IMG/VR virus record: IMGVR_UViG_3300048902_000295
Coordinates: 1 to 32,057 of that record
Strand: one strand, 5' to 3'
Source: a virus
Taxonomy: Duplodnaviria; Caudoviricetes
DNA length: 32,057 nucleotides
Each line of letters starts with the position of its first letter. The stretch's first letter is position 1. This document shows positions 8,262-16,083 of the stretch, piece by piece. The translations under genes and the position numbers were made by a program. A model generated the notes under the pieces. That model was given only the letters and a program-made list of their open reading frames with translations. It did no database searches and was not told the origin of the DNA.

Positions 8262-8539
8262 AGGTATGTGCTCACGATGATCAACCCGTCACCGGTGTTG
8301 GGAAACACTTCCCAGCGCCATTCAGAACACATCGTTTTGAGGTTCGTTCTGATTTGCTTTCGGATTTCTTCGGTGTCATTTGGTTTAACCCAAATCATAA
8401 AAATGTATTGCGAGTCGTTATCCACTGACGGGTGAACTTCGTCCATGCGAATAACTCTGTGGGAGATGGCTGTTAAAAAGTCGAAGCGTTCAACATCGTA
8501 TACATCCTTTTGTGAAATGCGTTCGTGTAAGCTCATCAT
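8258..8539 (-). CDS. Hypothetical protein
   Basis: ATGA-coupled, AAGGA upstream. Confidence 0.6.
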   Translation of the reverse strand: MMSLHERISQKDVYDVERFDFLTAISHRVIRMDEVHPSVDNDSQYIFMIWVKPNDTEEIRKQIRTNLKTMCSEWRWEVFPNTGDGLIIVSTYL

Positions 8540-8727
8540 AGCAGCACGTCCTTCACCGCGATCGTCACCACCCGGTTGCCGTCAGTCGAGCTCACCCGAA
8601 CTTTCGGCTCGCCGGTCGTCTCGAGCTTCGCCCGGACGTACCCGGTCAGCAGCTGCCCGGAAGCGAGGCGAACGACCACCGCGTCATTCACGTTCACGTC
8701 GTTGATAGTTAGTGGAGTAAATTTCAT
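8536..8727 (-). CDS. Small beta-rich (SH3/KOW-like) hypothetical protein, first early gene
   Basis: GAGAGG RBS; VNVNDAVVVRL...GYV...KVRV pattern. Confidence 0.65.
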   Translation of the reverse strand: MKFTPLTINDVNVNDAVVVRLASGQLLTGYVRAKLETTGEPKVRVSSTDGNRVVTIAVKDVLL

Positions 8728-8732
8728 TTTAG

Positions 8733-8821
8733 TTAACCTCTCGTCATCAGTGCCGGTAGGTCAAGTCCGGCAGACGAGCGGCGCGAGAAATTGCTTCTCG
8801 GTAGGAGCCGCTCGTTTCGAG
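8733..8821 (-). ncRNA. Type II hammerhead ribozyme with pseudoknot
   Basis: CUC-GAAA-CGAGCGGC...GCCGCUCG-UC^-UGCCGG-(ACUUGACCUA)-CCGGCA-CUGAUGA-C-GAG-AGGUUAA. The core is complete, and loop I UUGACCU pairs with 3' AGGUUAA. Predicted cut between 8773 and 8772. Confidence 0.9.
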
Positions 8822-9230
8822 TGTCGGTCGCGGTAGGGCACCGCGACGGTCGTAAAATTCGACGGACGGTTAAACCGGGGGAAGGCCGTCCGCCATCATT
8901 GGCGGACGGGGTTTCCGGTAGCCCATCAAATTTCTGGTTATCGTTTATATACGCAGGTTTCGTTCGCTCTTCATTCGAGGCGTCGGGTCGTAACCGATAA
9001 CAGCGCCATTCGCCGAACGTCGAAACCGTTCGCTTCGTTTAGGCTAGGGAATCTCGTGGCGGCCTTTCGGCCCGTTTCCCCTCGGGGTGGCTTCCCCCGG
9101 TTTAACCTACGGCGCGGAACGTCCGCGCCGGTCGCCGCTACGCTCGCCGAAGATCACTAGCCGAGCGAACGGCCATGACGGCCCCGTGGTTCGCTCGGTT
9201 CGTGTACGTCCGGTCTGCGCTATTAAGCAT
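8773..9230 (-). ncRNA. Candidate large structured ncRNA (~460 nt)
   Basis: No credible long ORF; perfect 17-bp stem 8868-8884/9091-9107 and many hairpins; bounded by a promoter and the hammerhead cut site. Confidence 0.6.
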
Positions 9231-9236
9231 ATACGT

Positions 9237-9274
9237 ATTATATACGCTTGAAGGGTGGTGTAAATAGTTTATTT
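9237..9274 (-). promoter_or_regulatory. Sigma70-type promoter, copy 1 (early region)
   Basis: AAATAAACTA-TTTACA-N16-TATAAT; predicted transcription start near 9230. Confidence 0.8.
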
Positions 9275-9275
9275 C

Positions 9276-9300
9276 AAAAAAGGTACCCTAGGTACCTTTT
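9276..9300 (-). terminator. Intrinsic terminator ending the late/lysis operon
   Basis: AAAAGGTACC-TAG-GGTACC-TTTTTT just after the spanin-like gene. Confidence 0.65.
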
Positions 9301-9335
9301 ATGTTATCTTTCAAAGGTTGTTATATTTTGATTAA

Positions 9336-9971
9336 CTACTTGCAGTGTCCCGACCCGCAAGCCACGATCGCGATGATGCCGGCATCTACGACGAAGTGCC
9401 CGAGCCGCGTCGCCGCCCGTCGCTTCCACGAGCCGCCGGTCGCTGTCTTCTTCCACTGGTCGCGCTCGTCGGTTACCAACGAAAGCTTCGTTTCCGCCGC
9501 GACCCGGTTCTGGTCCGCGATCGCGGCAGCCTTTTGAGCGGCGGCGTAATTCACCTTGCAGTCTTCGCAGTCCTTAAAGTACGCACGCACCGGCGGCGAG
9601 TCCGGCAGCTCGACGACCGGCGTCGGTCGCGGATTGTCCGCCGTCGCGATCGGCGTCACGACGGTCGGCGTGGTTTTCAACCCGATGAGCTGCGCGAGCA
9701 GCGCCGCGAACTGCGGCGAGCTTTGCGCGGCCCCGAACTGCCGCCCCACCGTGGCCAACCCGTCGGCCTGATCCTTCTGAACTTGCTTCAGTTGGTCGGC
9801 GAGTTCTTTCTGTTGTGCTGTGAGCTTGTCGAACGCCGCTTGGTCCGCCGCCACCTTCGCCTCGGCGCGGAGCGCGGCGTCGTGAGCCTGCAGCCACTCG
9901 TAGCCGAGGAACGCGCCGAACAGCACGAGGCCAATCGCGATCGCGATCAGGATCTTATGGTATACGTCCAT
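9336..9971 (-). CDS. Spanin-like membrane protein
   Basis: N-terminal TM (ILIAIAIGLVLFGAFLGY), coiled coils, Pro-rich linker, directly after the endolysin; ATG 9971 preferred. Confidence 0.55.
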   Translation of the reverse strand: MDVYHKILIAIAIGLVLFGAFLGYEWLQAHDAALRAEAKVAADQAAFDKLTAQQKELADQLKQVQKDQADGLATVGRQFGAAQSSPQFAALLAQLIGLKTTPTVVTPIATADNPRPTPVVELPDSPPVRAYFKDCEDCKVNYAAAQKAAAIADQNRVAAETKLSLVTDERDQWKKTATGGSWKRRAATRLGHFVVDAGIIAIVACGSGHCK

Positions 9972-9973
9972 GG

Positions 9974-10525
9974 TTAGAACTTCCCTTCCCAGTCTCGCCA
10001 CACGGCGGCGAGCCCACCCTCGCGGTACAAATACCGCATGTTGTCATCCGGCGTCGCCGGCAGCTCGGGCAGATAGAGGTGCGGCGCGTCAGGAAACGTT
10101 CGCCACTCCGCACCTTCGGCGAAGCCGCACTCCTTCGCCGTCGCGAGGAACACCTTCCACCGCTCGTCGCCGCCCGACCAATCACCGTGCCAGTCGGGGA
10201 AGTCCGGGTCATTCGGAACGGCGTCGCCAGCGTAACCGAAGTTGTGCGCTGACTCGCCGCCCTTCGCCTTGGTCACGGGGAGGCCGAGCGGATGCTGCGG
10301 ACAGCTTCCGACGGGCCGCACCACGCCACCGTGCTTGCAGTCCACGCCGGGCGTCGTCCGGCCCTTCGCGTAGAGCTCGTCTTGCCCAGCCCACGTTCGT
10401 ATGCCTTGAGTGAGCCGCAGCTGGATGGCGAGCGAGGACTCCGCCAGTCGCTGGTCAAGCTGAGTGAACCTGGATTGAAACACCGGGTGCAGTTCACCAA
10501 CTCGAGTTGCGGTGATCGCCTCCAT
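9974..10525 (-). CDS. Endolysin, M15 family (L-Ala-D-Glu peptidase-like)
   Basis: QGIRTWAGQDELYAKGR, SAHNFGYAGD (SxHxxGxAxD), DAPH. Confidence 0.88.
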   Translation of the reverse strand: MEAITATRVGELHPVFQSRFTQLDQRLAESSLAIQLRLTQGIRTWAGQDELYAKGRTTPGVDCKHGGVVRPVGSCPQHPLGLPVTKAKGGESAHNFGYAGDAVPNDPDFPDWHGDWSGGDERWKVFLATAKECGFAEGAEWRTFPDAPHLYLPELPATPDDNMRYLYREGGLAAVWRDWEGKF

Positions 10526-10526
10526 G

Positions 10527-12158
10527 CTATTGCACCACCGCCGTCACGTTCGTCGGCGGCGAGAGCACCGGTGAGATCGAGCCACCAAACTGGAACGCCC
10601 CCGGACTCCACTTCGCGGGAGCCGCCGGACGCGCCACGCCGGCAAAGTCAGTGCAGAGATCGGTGAGGTTTCCGGTGCAAAGCGCCGAAAGGTTCGTGCC
10701 CTTCTCGAACAGCGTGGAGCCCACGCCCGGAATCCCGGTCGAGGTATTGACGGCGAAGTTCGACGGCGAGTCGACGATCGAGTTCGCTTCCTGTCCGCTG
10801 CCGGCGGCGAAGAAAGCTTTCCACTGCGTGAAGTTCGCGAACGAACAGTTGCTAACGCACGCGATGAAGTACGTGGCGTTCGACGGCGTGAAGCCGTAGA
10901 AGTTGTAGTCCAGTCCTCCGCCGACGAACGTCGGCGTGGTGCTGCCGATCGAGTTCACGCCGGGGCCGCCGCTGCCGGGGCTGCTGAGGACCGTGACGTT
11001 GTTCCTAAAGTCAGAGTTCGTCCCCTGCAGCTTGTTGAGCGGGTGGTCCTCGCCGCTGACGGTGACCAGCGTGTTGTTGTACGCCTTCGCCGCGCCGCCG
11101 TCTCCGACCGTCAGGCAGAGCATGCCATTGTTCCACGTCCGCGAAGCCGGCGAGAGGAACACGTTGTTGAACGCCGTCATGCTCGTGCCGACCGTCGCGC
11201 CCTCGTTGAAGATCCCCGCCGTGTTGTAGACGCCTTGGTCGCCGTAGAACTTGTTGTTACTGATGAAGACGTTTTTATAGATTCCGCCGACGTTCCCAAC
11301 TTGATAAAGGTGCACGCCGTCGTGGTGGTAGCAGGAGCTGCCGCCGCAGAGCGTGGCGGTCGTATCCCAGTTCGCCCAGTCGTGAAACAGGTCGTGGTTG
11401 ATCAGGACCGTGTCCGTCGTCTGGTTCGTCACGCCCACCGCCACGTTGTGATCCGCGTTGTAAATCTCGGTGTACGTCACCGAAACGTTCGACGAGCTCA
11501 GCCCCGTGTAGATCGCCCAAAGCACGTCGTGAATCTGGCTGTTCGTCACGGTCAGCGTCGAGACGCTCGTCGCGTGGATCGCCGATGGGTCGGGCGGAGA
11601 CGGCGCGTGGTCCGTGGCCACGGTGTGAACGTAGGCGTTCTGCAGCAACATGTTCTTGATGGTGATGCGGCTCGCGCCGTCGAAGTTCGCAAGCTCCGAC
11701 GCGCCCACCTGGTTGGCGAGCGTCGAGCCGTTGGCCGTCGACTCGATGGTGCCGTTAGGCACGAACGTGCCGAGGAACGGGTTGCCGGTGCCGCCGCCGT
11801 CGTAAACGAAGTCCGTCTTGCCGTTGCCGTTGAGGCAGCCCGTCGCGGGGCAGACCGGCTGGCTGAGCTTCGCGCCGGACTCCCAGATCACCGTGACCGG
11901 GTTTCCGATCGCGCCAGAGCCAGCGTTGACGACCGTCGTGCCGATCGTTCCGCAGAGATGGACGTGCGTGCCCGGCCCGATCTGCACGCCGGTCGGAGTG
12001 CCAGCGGTCCAGTTCGAGCCAGAATTGTAGTAGCTTACCGGCTTCGCGTTCGCGCAGTCCGCGCCGGTTTGCGCTCCGGCCCCGGCGTTCGAGATGTACG
12101 CATCGTTGGCGAAGACGGGTGCCGCTATCGCTAGAAAAAGAAACAGTAGCTTTCGCAT
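10527..12158 (-). CDS. Secreted right-handed beta-helix (pectin-lyase-like) protein, putative depolymerase
   Basis: Signal peptide MRKLLFLFLAIAAPVFA; IGPGTHVHLCGT, HHDGVHLY, Asn-ladder repeats (FNNVF, YNNTLV, FRNNV, LDYNFY), GAFQF tail. Confidence 0.8.
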   Translation of the reverse strand: MRKLLFLFLAIAAPVFANDAYISNAGAGAQTGADCANAKPVSYYNSGSNWTAGTPTGVQIGPGTHVHLCGTIGTTVVNAGSGAIGNPVTVIWESGAKLSQPVCPATGCLNGNGKTDFVYDGGGTGNPFLGTFVPNGTIESTANGSTLANQVGASELANFDGASRITIKNMLLQNAYVHTVATDHAPSPPDPSAIHATSVSTLTVTNSQIHDVLWAIYTGLSSSNVSVTYTEIYNADHNVAVGVTNQTTDTVLINHDLFHDWANWDTTATLCGGSSCYHHDGVHLYQVGNVGGIYKNVFISNNKFYGDQGVYNTAGIFNEGATVGTSMTAFNNVFLSPASRTWNNGMLCLTVGDGGAAKAYNNTLVTVSGEDHPLNKLQGTNSDFRNNVTVLSSPGSGGPGVNSIGSTTPTFVGGGLDYNFYGFTPSNATYFIACVSNCSFANFTQWKAFFAAGSGQEANSIVDSPSNFAVNTSTGIPGVGSTLFEKGTNLSALCTGNLTDLCTDFAGVARPAAPAKWSPGAFQFGGSISPVLSPPTNVTAVVQ

Positions 12159-12167
12159 GGGCTCTCC

Positions 12168-12770
12168 TTAAATGGTCCTGCTGTCGCATGAGTTGCTGGC
12201 GTCGCAAACTTGGAACACGACCGGGCTGCCTGGCTTCAGCTTCCCGGCCCACGACGCAACGTAGGCTCCGCTCGAGTTGACGTTCGATCCCGACGCGAGC
12301 ACGGTGGAGCCGTTGCGGAACGAGTAGGTGGTGCGCACGTTCGGCGTCGCCGTGTAGCTGGCGGACAGCGTGGTGTTCGAGCCGGTCGAGTTTCGCGACA
12401 CGGTGGTGATCGAAAGCCCGGTCGGCGGCAGCGGCGCGTCCTTCGGCACGATCGCGCCGACGTGGTTCGAGCCGACCGACTCGGTCTGGCTGCACGTCGG
12501 GCAGACCGCCGTCACGTAGTACGAGTAGAGGCCTCCGGCCTGCACCGTGGTGTCCGTGAAGCTCAGCGTGGTCGTGTTGCCGATGTTTTGGAACGTGCCC
12601 TCCGCGCTGCAGGTGTTCGCGGTGACCGAACCGGTGCACGGCGCACGGTACAAGTTATATCGGGTCACGCCCGTCGTCGGGCTCGCGCCGTAGCTAACCG
12701 ACACGCTGTGCTGCGCGGCGGCGAGCGGCGAGAGAATCAAAAGCGCTAAGGCTAAAAGTACGTTTTTCAT
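12168..12770 (-). CDS. Secreted FN3/Ig-like protein
   Basis: Signal peptide MKNVLLALALLILSPLAAA; YNLYR, FTDTTV, YSYYVTAV, ES..SN FN3 motifs; paired Cys. Confidence 0.8.
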   Translation of the reverse strand: MKNVLLALALLILSPLAAAQHSVSVSYGASPTTGVTRYNLYRAPCTGSVTANTCSAEGTFQNIGNTTTLSFTDTTVQAGGLYSYYVTAVCPTCSQTESVGSNHVGAIVPKDAPLPPTGLSITTVSRNSTGSNTTLSASYTATPNVRTTYSFRNGSTVLASGSNVNSSGAYVASWAGKLKPGSPVVFQVCDASNSCDSRTI

Positions 12771-13195
12771 GTTGCGTCCTCTTTCAAGAGATTTGCGATG
12801 GTCTTCTCCAACTTGGCCGGGGCCGCGATTAGGACCGCCTCCGTGATGTTGTGGTACCGCCGAGCGGCGTCCTTCTCGTTCTTGCTTACCTTGGTGCCGA
12901 TGCCGGAGAGCTGCGACACGATCTTCTCTTCCTTCTCTTTCAGCTTTCCGTCAAGGGTCGTAAACTTCTCCTCCACCTTCTTCTCCTGCGTCTCGAAGTT
13001 CTTGTCAATCTTGTGATCCAGCGCCACCCGGCGCTCGTTGCCGCGCTCCTCGGCCGCCTTCTCGACCCGGCTCAGCTCCACCCGCAAGCGGCCTAGCTCC
13101 GTCGGAACGTAGTAGTAGAAGCCACCGGCGGCGAACACGATGGCCCCCACGCTGAACGCGATCGCGATCACCTCCAAGATTAGCTTTGAGTCCAC
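12767..13195 (-). CDS. Holin-like single-TM protein with coiled coil
   Basis: GGAGG-GTG start; N-terminal hydrophobic helix; position upstream of the endolysin. Function inferred. Confidence 0.5.
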   Translation of the reverse strand: MDSKLILEVIAIAFSVGAIVFAAGGFYYYVPTELGRLRVELSRVEKAAEERGNERRVALDHKIDKNFETQEKKVEEKFTTLDGKLKEKEEKIVSQLSGIGTKVSKNEKDAARRYHNITEAVLIAAPAKLEKTIANLLKEDAT

Positions 13196-13205
13196 TTCGC
13201 CTCCG

Positions 13206-13499
13206 TTAAAGCTTATAAGAATCTGGCAACTTTCGAATGATCTCGTACAGCTTCTTCGTCAGCTCCTGCATCCGCGCTTCGACCACCGCCGAAGATGATT
13301 GTCGAACTTCGTCGATGCGTGCCTTGACAATCTCGAGCTCGACGAACGGCTCGAGCTTCGCCCGATAGTCCGCTAAGTCCGGAGCGACCGGCCCCGACCC
13401 AGTTTCCGATCGCTTCTCCGTGAACTGATGATTCAACGACGCTACGACTGCCGCCAACCGACCTGCGGCGGTTGGCTCCAACTCGATGCGCCCGTTCAT
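13206..13499 (-). CDS. Hypothetical helical protein
   Basis: GGAGG 6 nt before the ATG; protein-like composition, unlike the overlapping alternative frame. Confidence 0.7.
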   Translation of the reverse strand: MNGRIELEPTAAGRLAAVVASLNHQFTEKRSETGSGPVAPDLADYRAKLEPFVELEIVKARIDEVRQSSSAVVEARMQELTKKLYEIIRKLPDSYKL

Positions 13500-13533
13500 C
13501 CATATCCTCCCCCAGGACTAGGTTACCAAATTT

Positions 13534-16083
13534 TTAGATGCCGAGGCTCTCGAGCCTCGCGTGTATTTTATACTGCGGCGAGTTCGTTGTCGTCGTGCTG
13601 TAGGTGATCGCCGTGCCGGTCGCGGCGTAGAAGCTATAGGTCCACGTGATCGCCGTGCCGCTAGACGCGCACGACAAAGAGCCAGGGCCGCCAGCACCCG
13701 TGCTATTGGGCGTCTGCGCTTGTACCTCGTCGGTGAAGCCAAGGTTGACCTGCACCGTGCTCGAGCCAACGGACGCCGTGCAAACCACGTAGATGGTGGC
13801 GCGAAACATTTGGTTCGCGCTGCCCGGAAATGTCGCGCCCTGCAGCGTGGTCGAGCCAAGATTTCCGGTCGTCGTGCCTTGGTTGTCGAAGCCGACGCCG
13901 TACGCGCCACCGCGTACCTCGGCCCCGTACGTGATGTACTTCGCCGCGCTCGCCGCGCCGACGTTGGTCGCGTACGCTTGCCCGACGACCTGCCCCGCGA
14001 ACGGCCACGTGGCTCCGACCGGGTGCAGCTTGCCCCCCGTGGTGATCGACGGAATGAGGTAGTCACCGACGGTCTCAGTGGCATCCGTGTCGCCTCGCGC
14101 TCGACCCATCTGAGAGAAGACGATCGTCCAGCAGCCACGGTCGGCGACTCCGATCGCGCCAGGGTAAAGCACGCCAGAGGCGTCGGCAGCGGCGGTGGTG
14201 CTGTTGATCTTCTGCAGCCTCGCGTAGGTGCCGACGCTCGAGAACCCGAGCGCGCTGCTCCCCATGCCGCAGAACCCAGAGTTGAAGTCGTTGCTGATGT
14301 ACTCGAAGTTCGGGCCGATCAGACCTTCGCTAGCGTTAGTGCTGTCAAAGGCTTGGAAAATATACTGACCACCGATGCCACCAGCCGCCGACGTGAACTT
14401 GTGCGCGAAGCCGCTAGCAGACGATCCCGCCTTGATGAGCCACGTCGCGCCAGAATTGAAGAAGTCCGGGGTCGCGTCACGTGTCGCGGTAGCGAGAAAC
14501 TGATTTCCGAATGATCCGTAGTTCCACCAAAGCGCCGTGCCTGTCAGAGAGTTAACGCGGGTGTTACCACTCAGGGCCGCGCCATTCCACATCGCGAGTT
14601 GATTCGTCTGACCGCTGCCTGAGGAAATGCCGAAGCCGGTGGTCTGCGCTTGAATCCTGATGTTATACGTTCCGGCCCCGCCATTGGTAGTGAGAACGCT
14701 CCCGATTGCGCCGTAGTGCGTGGCGATACTCGCACCCAAGGTGGAACTTCCCGCGTCGTGACAATCACCGGTGGTGACAGACTGCACCACTAAATCATTG
14801 GCAGTGGTCGCACCATCAAACACGCAAGGGATTGAGTCGCCCTGCACGGTGATCGTCGCATCGCCCGTCGTGCCACAGTTCGCGGTGCAGATGCCGATGA
14901 TGGAGGCGAGATTACTAGAAACGCCTGGAAGGATCGCGGTGCCGTCGCCGTTGTACGCAGCGAACTTATTCAGCACCGTGCCGGTGACAGATTCGTTTTT
15001 GATCTTTACGAAGCCGCCGCCGCCCGTGCAGGTGACGACGAGGGTGCCTGAAGTAGTACAGTCTCCCGAGAGGTCGCCATTGGTGATGGAAGTGGGACCG
15101 GAGAACTTGCTGAGGTTGCCGCTCGCCGGTGACCCTGTCGTCGTAACCGTTCCCGAGCCTGATCCGCACGGCGTCCCCGTGTCCAGCAGCAGCACGACGC
15201 TCGCCGCGACACTCGCCTGGACGCAGTTTCCGTTGGTCGGAGTCGCGGACCAGATGCCGCGCAGCTTGTCCGCACCGTTGGTCCAATCGTGCCAGTTCTT
15301 GTTTGTAGTGTCGTAGCCCGAGTCACCATTGGTGGAGGTCGTGAGTCCGGCGGAGAACCTGGACTTGAACAGCGTGACGCCGGACAGGTCATAAGTGAAC
15401 GCGCCCCATGTCGATCCCTGATCGGTGCGAACGACGACGGACGGGAGCCTCGCCGCGCCGAGAGTGCCGCTGCCGATGTTAGTAGCGTTGGTCGTGTCCG
15501 TGGTCGCCGACGCCGCGAATGCCACGCCGCCTGTCTTGGTGCAGTTGATCGCGAGTGTGCCTGATGTGGTGCAGTCACCGCTGAGATCTCCGTTGGTGAT
15601 CGAACTTGAGCCGGAAAACTTTGTCATGTTCCCGTTCGCCGGAGATCCAGTGGTGGTGACCGTGCCGAGCGAGCTGCTCGCCGGGGTCGCGATGCCCAAC
15701 GTGCGATCGTCGGTGATCGTCGTGATGACGCCACTGGCGGTGACCACAGTGGCGATCGCGATGGTGGCCGACGTGTACCCGGAGGTGTTCGAGGCCGGCG
15801 CGCAGCTCGAGGCGGTGTCGAGGTAGACGTAGTTCGTCGTATTGTTCGCGAGGGTAAGCGTGCCGCCAGCGTAGTTCACCATCGCGTTCAGGCAGCGCAC
15901 GCGGCCAGCGCTGAGATTCAGCACCAGCCCGGCTCCGGCCTGTGGCCAGTACCCTGGACCAACACCTTGGACGTATTTGGAATTGGCCGAGTAGATCGGC
16001 GCGGTCTGCGTCTGCGGTTGCTGCGCGGACACCAACGAAGGCAGCAGCGCCAGTAGAACTACCAACAATTTTCTTATCCCCAT
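13534..16083 (-). CDS. Fibre/adhesin protein with N-terminal signal peptide
   Basis: GGGAG-ATG at 16083 gives MGIRKLLVVLLALLPSLVSAQ; Gly/Thr/Ser-rich with repeats; occupies the tail-fibre position after the tail tip gene. Confidence 0.75.
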   Translation of the reverse strand: MGIRKLLVVLLALLPSLVSAQQPQTQTAPIYSANSKYVQGVGPGYWPQAGAGLVLNLSAGRVRCLNAMVNYAGGTLTLANNTTNYVYLDTASSCAPASNTSGYTSATIAIATVVTASGVITTITDDRTLGIATPASSSLGTVTTTGSPANGNMTKFSGSSSITNGDLSGDCTTSGTLAINCTKTGGVAFAASATTDTTNATNIGSGTLGAARLPSVVVRTDQGSTWGAFTYDLSGVTLFKSRFSAGLTTSTNGDSGYDTTNKNWHDWTNGADKLRGIWSATPTNGNCVQASVAASVVLLLDTGTPCGSGSGTVTTTGSPASGNLSKFSGPTSITNGDLSGDCTTSGTLVVTCTGGGGFVKIKNESVTGTVLNKFAAYNGDGTAILPGVSSNLASIIGICTANCGTTGDATITVQGDSIPCVFDGATTANDLVVQSVTTGDCHDAGSSTLGASIATHYGAIGSVLTTNGGAGTYNIRIQAQTTGFGISSGSGQTNQLAMWNGAALSGNTRVNSLTGTALWWNYGSFGNQFLATATRDATPDFFNSGATWLIKAGSSASGFAHKFTSAAGGIGGQYIFQAFDSTNASEGLIGPNFEYISNDFNSGFCGMGSSALGFSSVGTYARLQKINSTTAAADASGVLYPGAIGVADRGCWTIVFSQMGRARGDTDATETVGDYLIPSITTGGKLHPVGATWPFAGQVVGQAYATNVGAASAAKYITYGAEVRGGAYGVGFDNQGTTTGNLGSTTLQGATFPGSANQMFRATIYVVCTASVGSSTVQVNLGFTDEVQAQTPNSTGAGGPGSLSCASSGTAITWTYSFYAATGTAITYSTTTTNSPQYKIHARLESLGI
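15025..15666 (-). repeat. Duplicated 43-codon module in the fibre (15025-15153 and 15538-15666)
   Basis: GTVTTTGSPAxGNxxKFSGxxSITNGDLSGDCTTSGTLxxxCT occurs twice, with many synonymous differences. Confidence 0.85.

Noticed and set aside
9138-9230. Leaderless 30-aa ORF at the predicted transcription start
   Set aside because: Short, motif-free and embedded in a strong hairpin; cannot be supported, though not excluded.
15025-15666. Fibre repeat pair as a diversity-generating retroelement TR/VR
   Set aside because: Both copies are coding, differences are mostly synonymous and not adenine-specific, and no reverse transcriptase is in the window.
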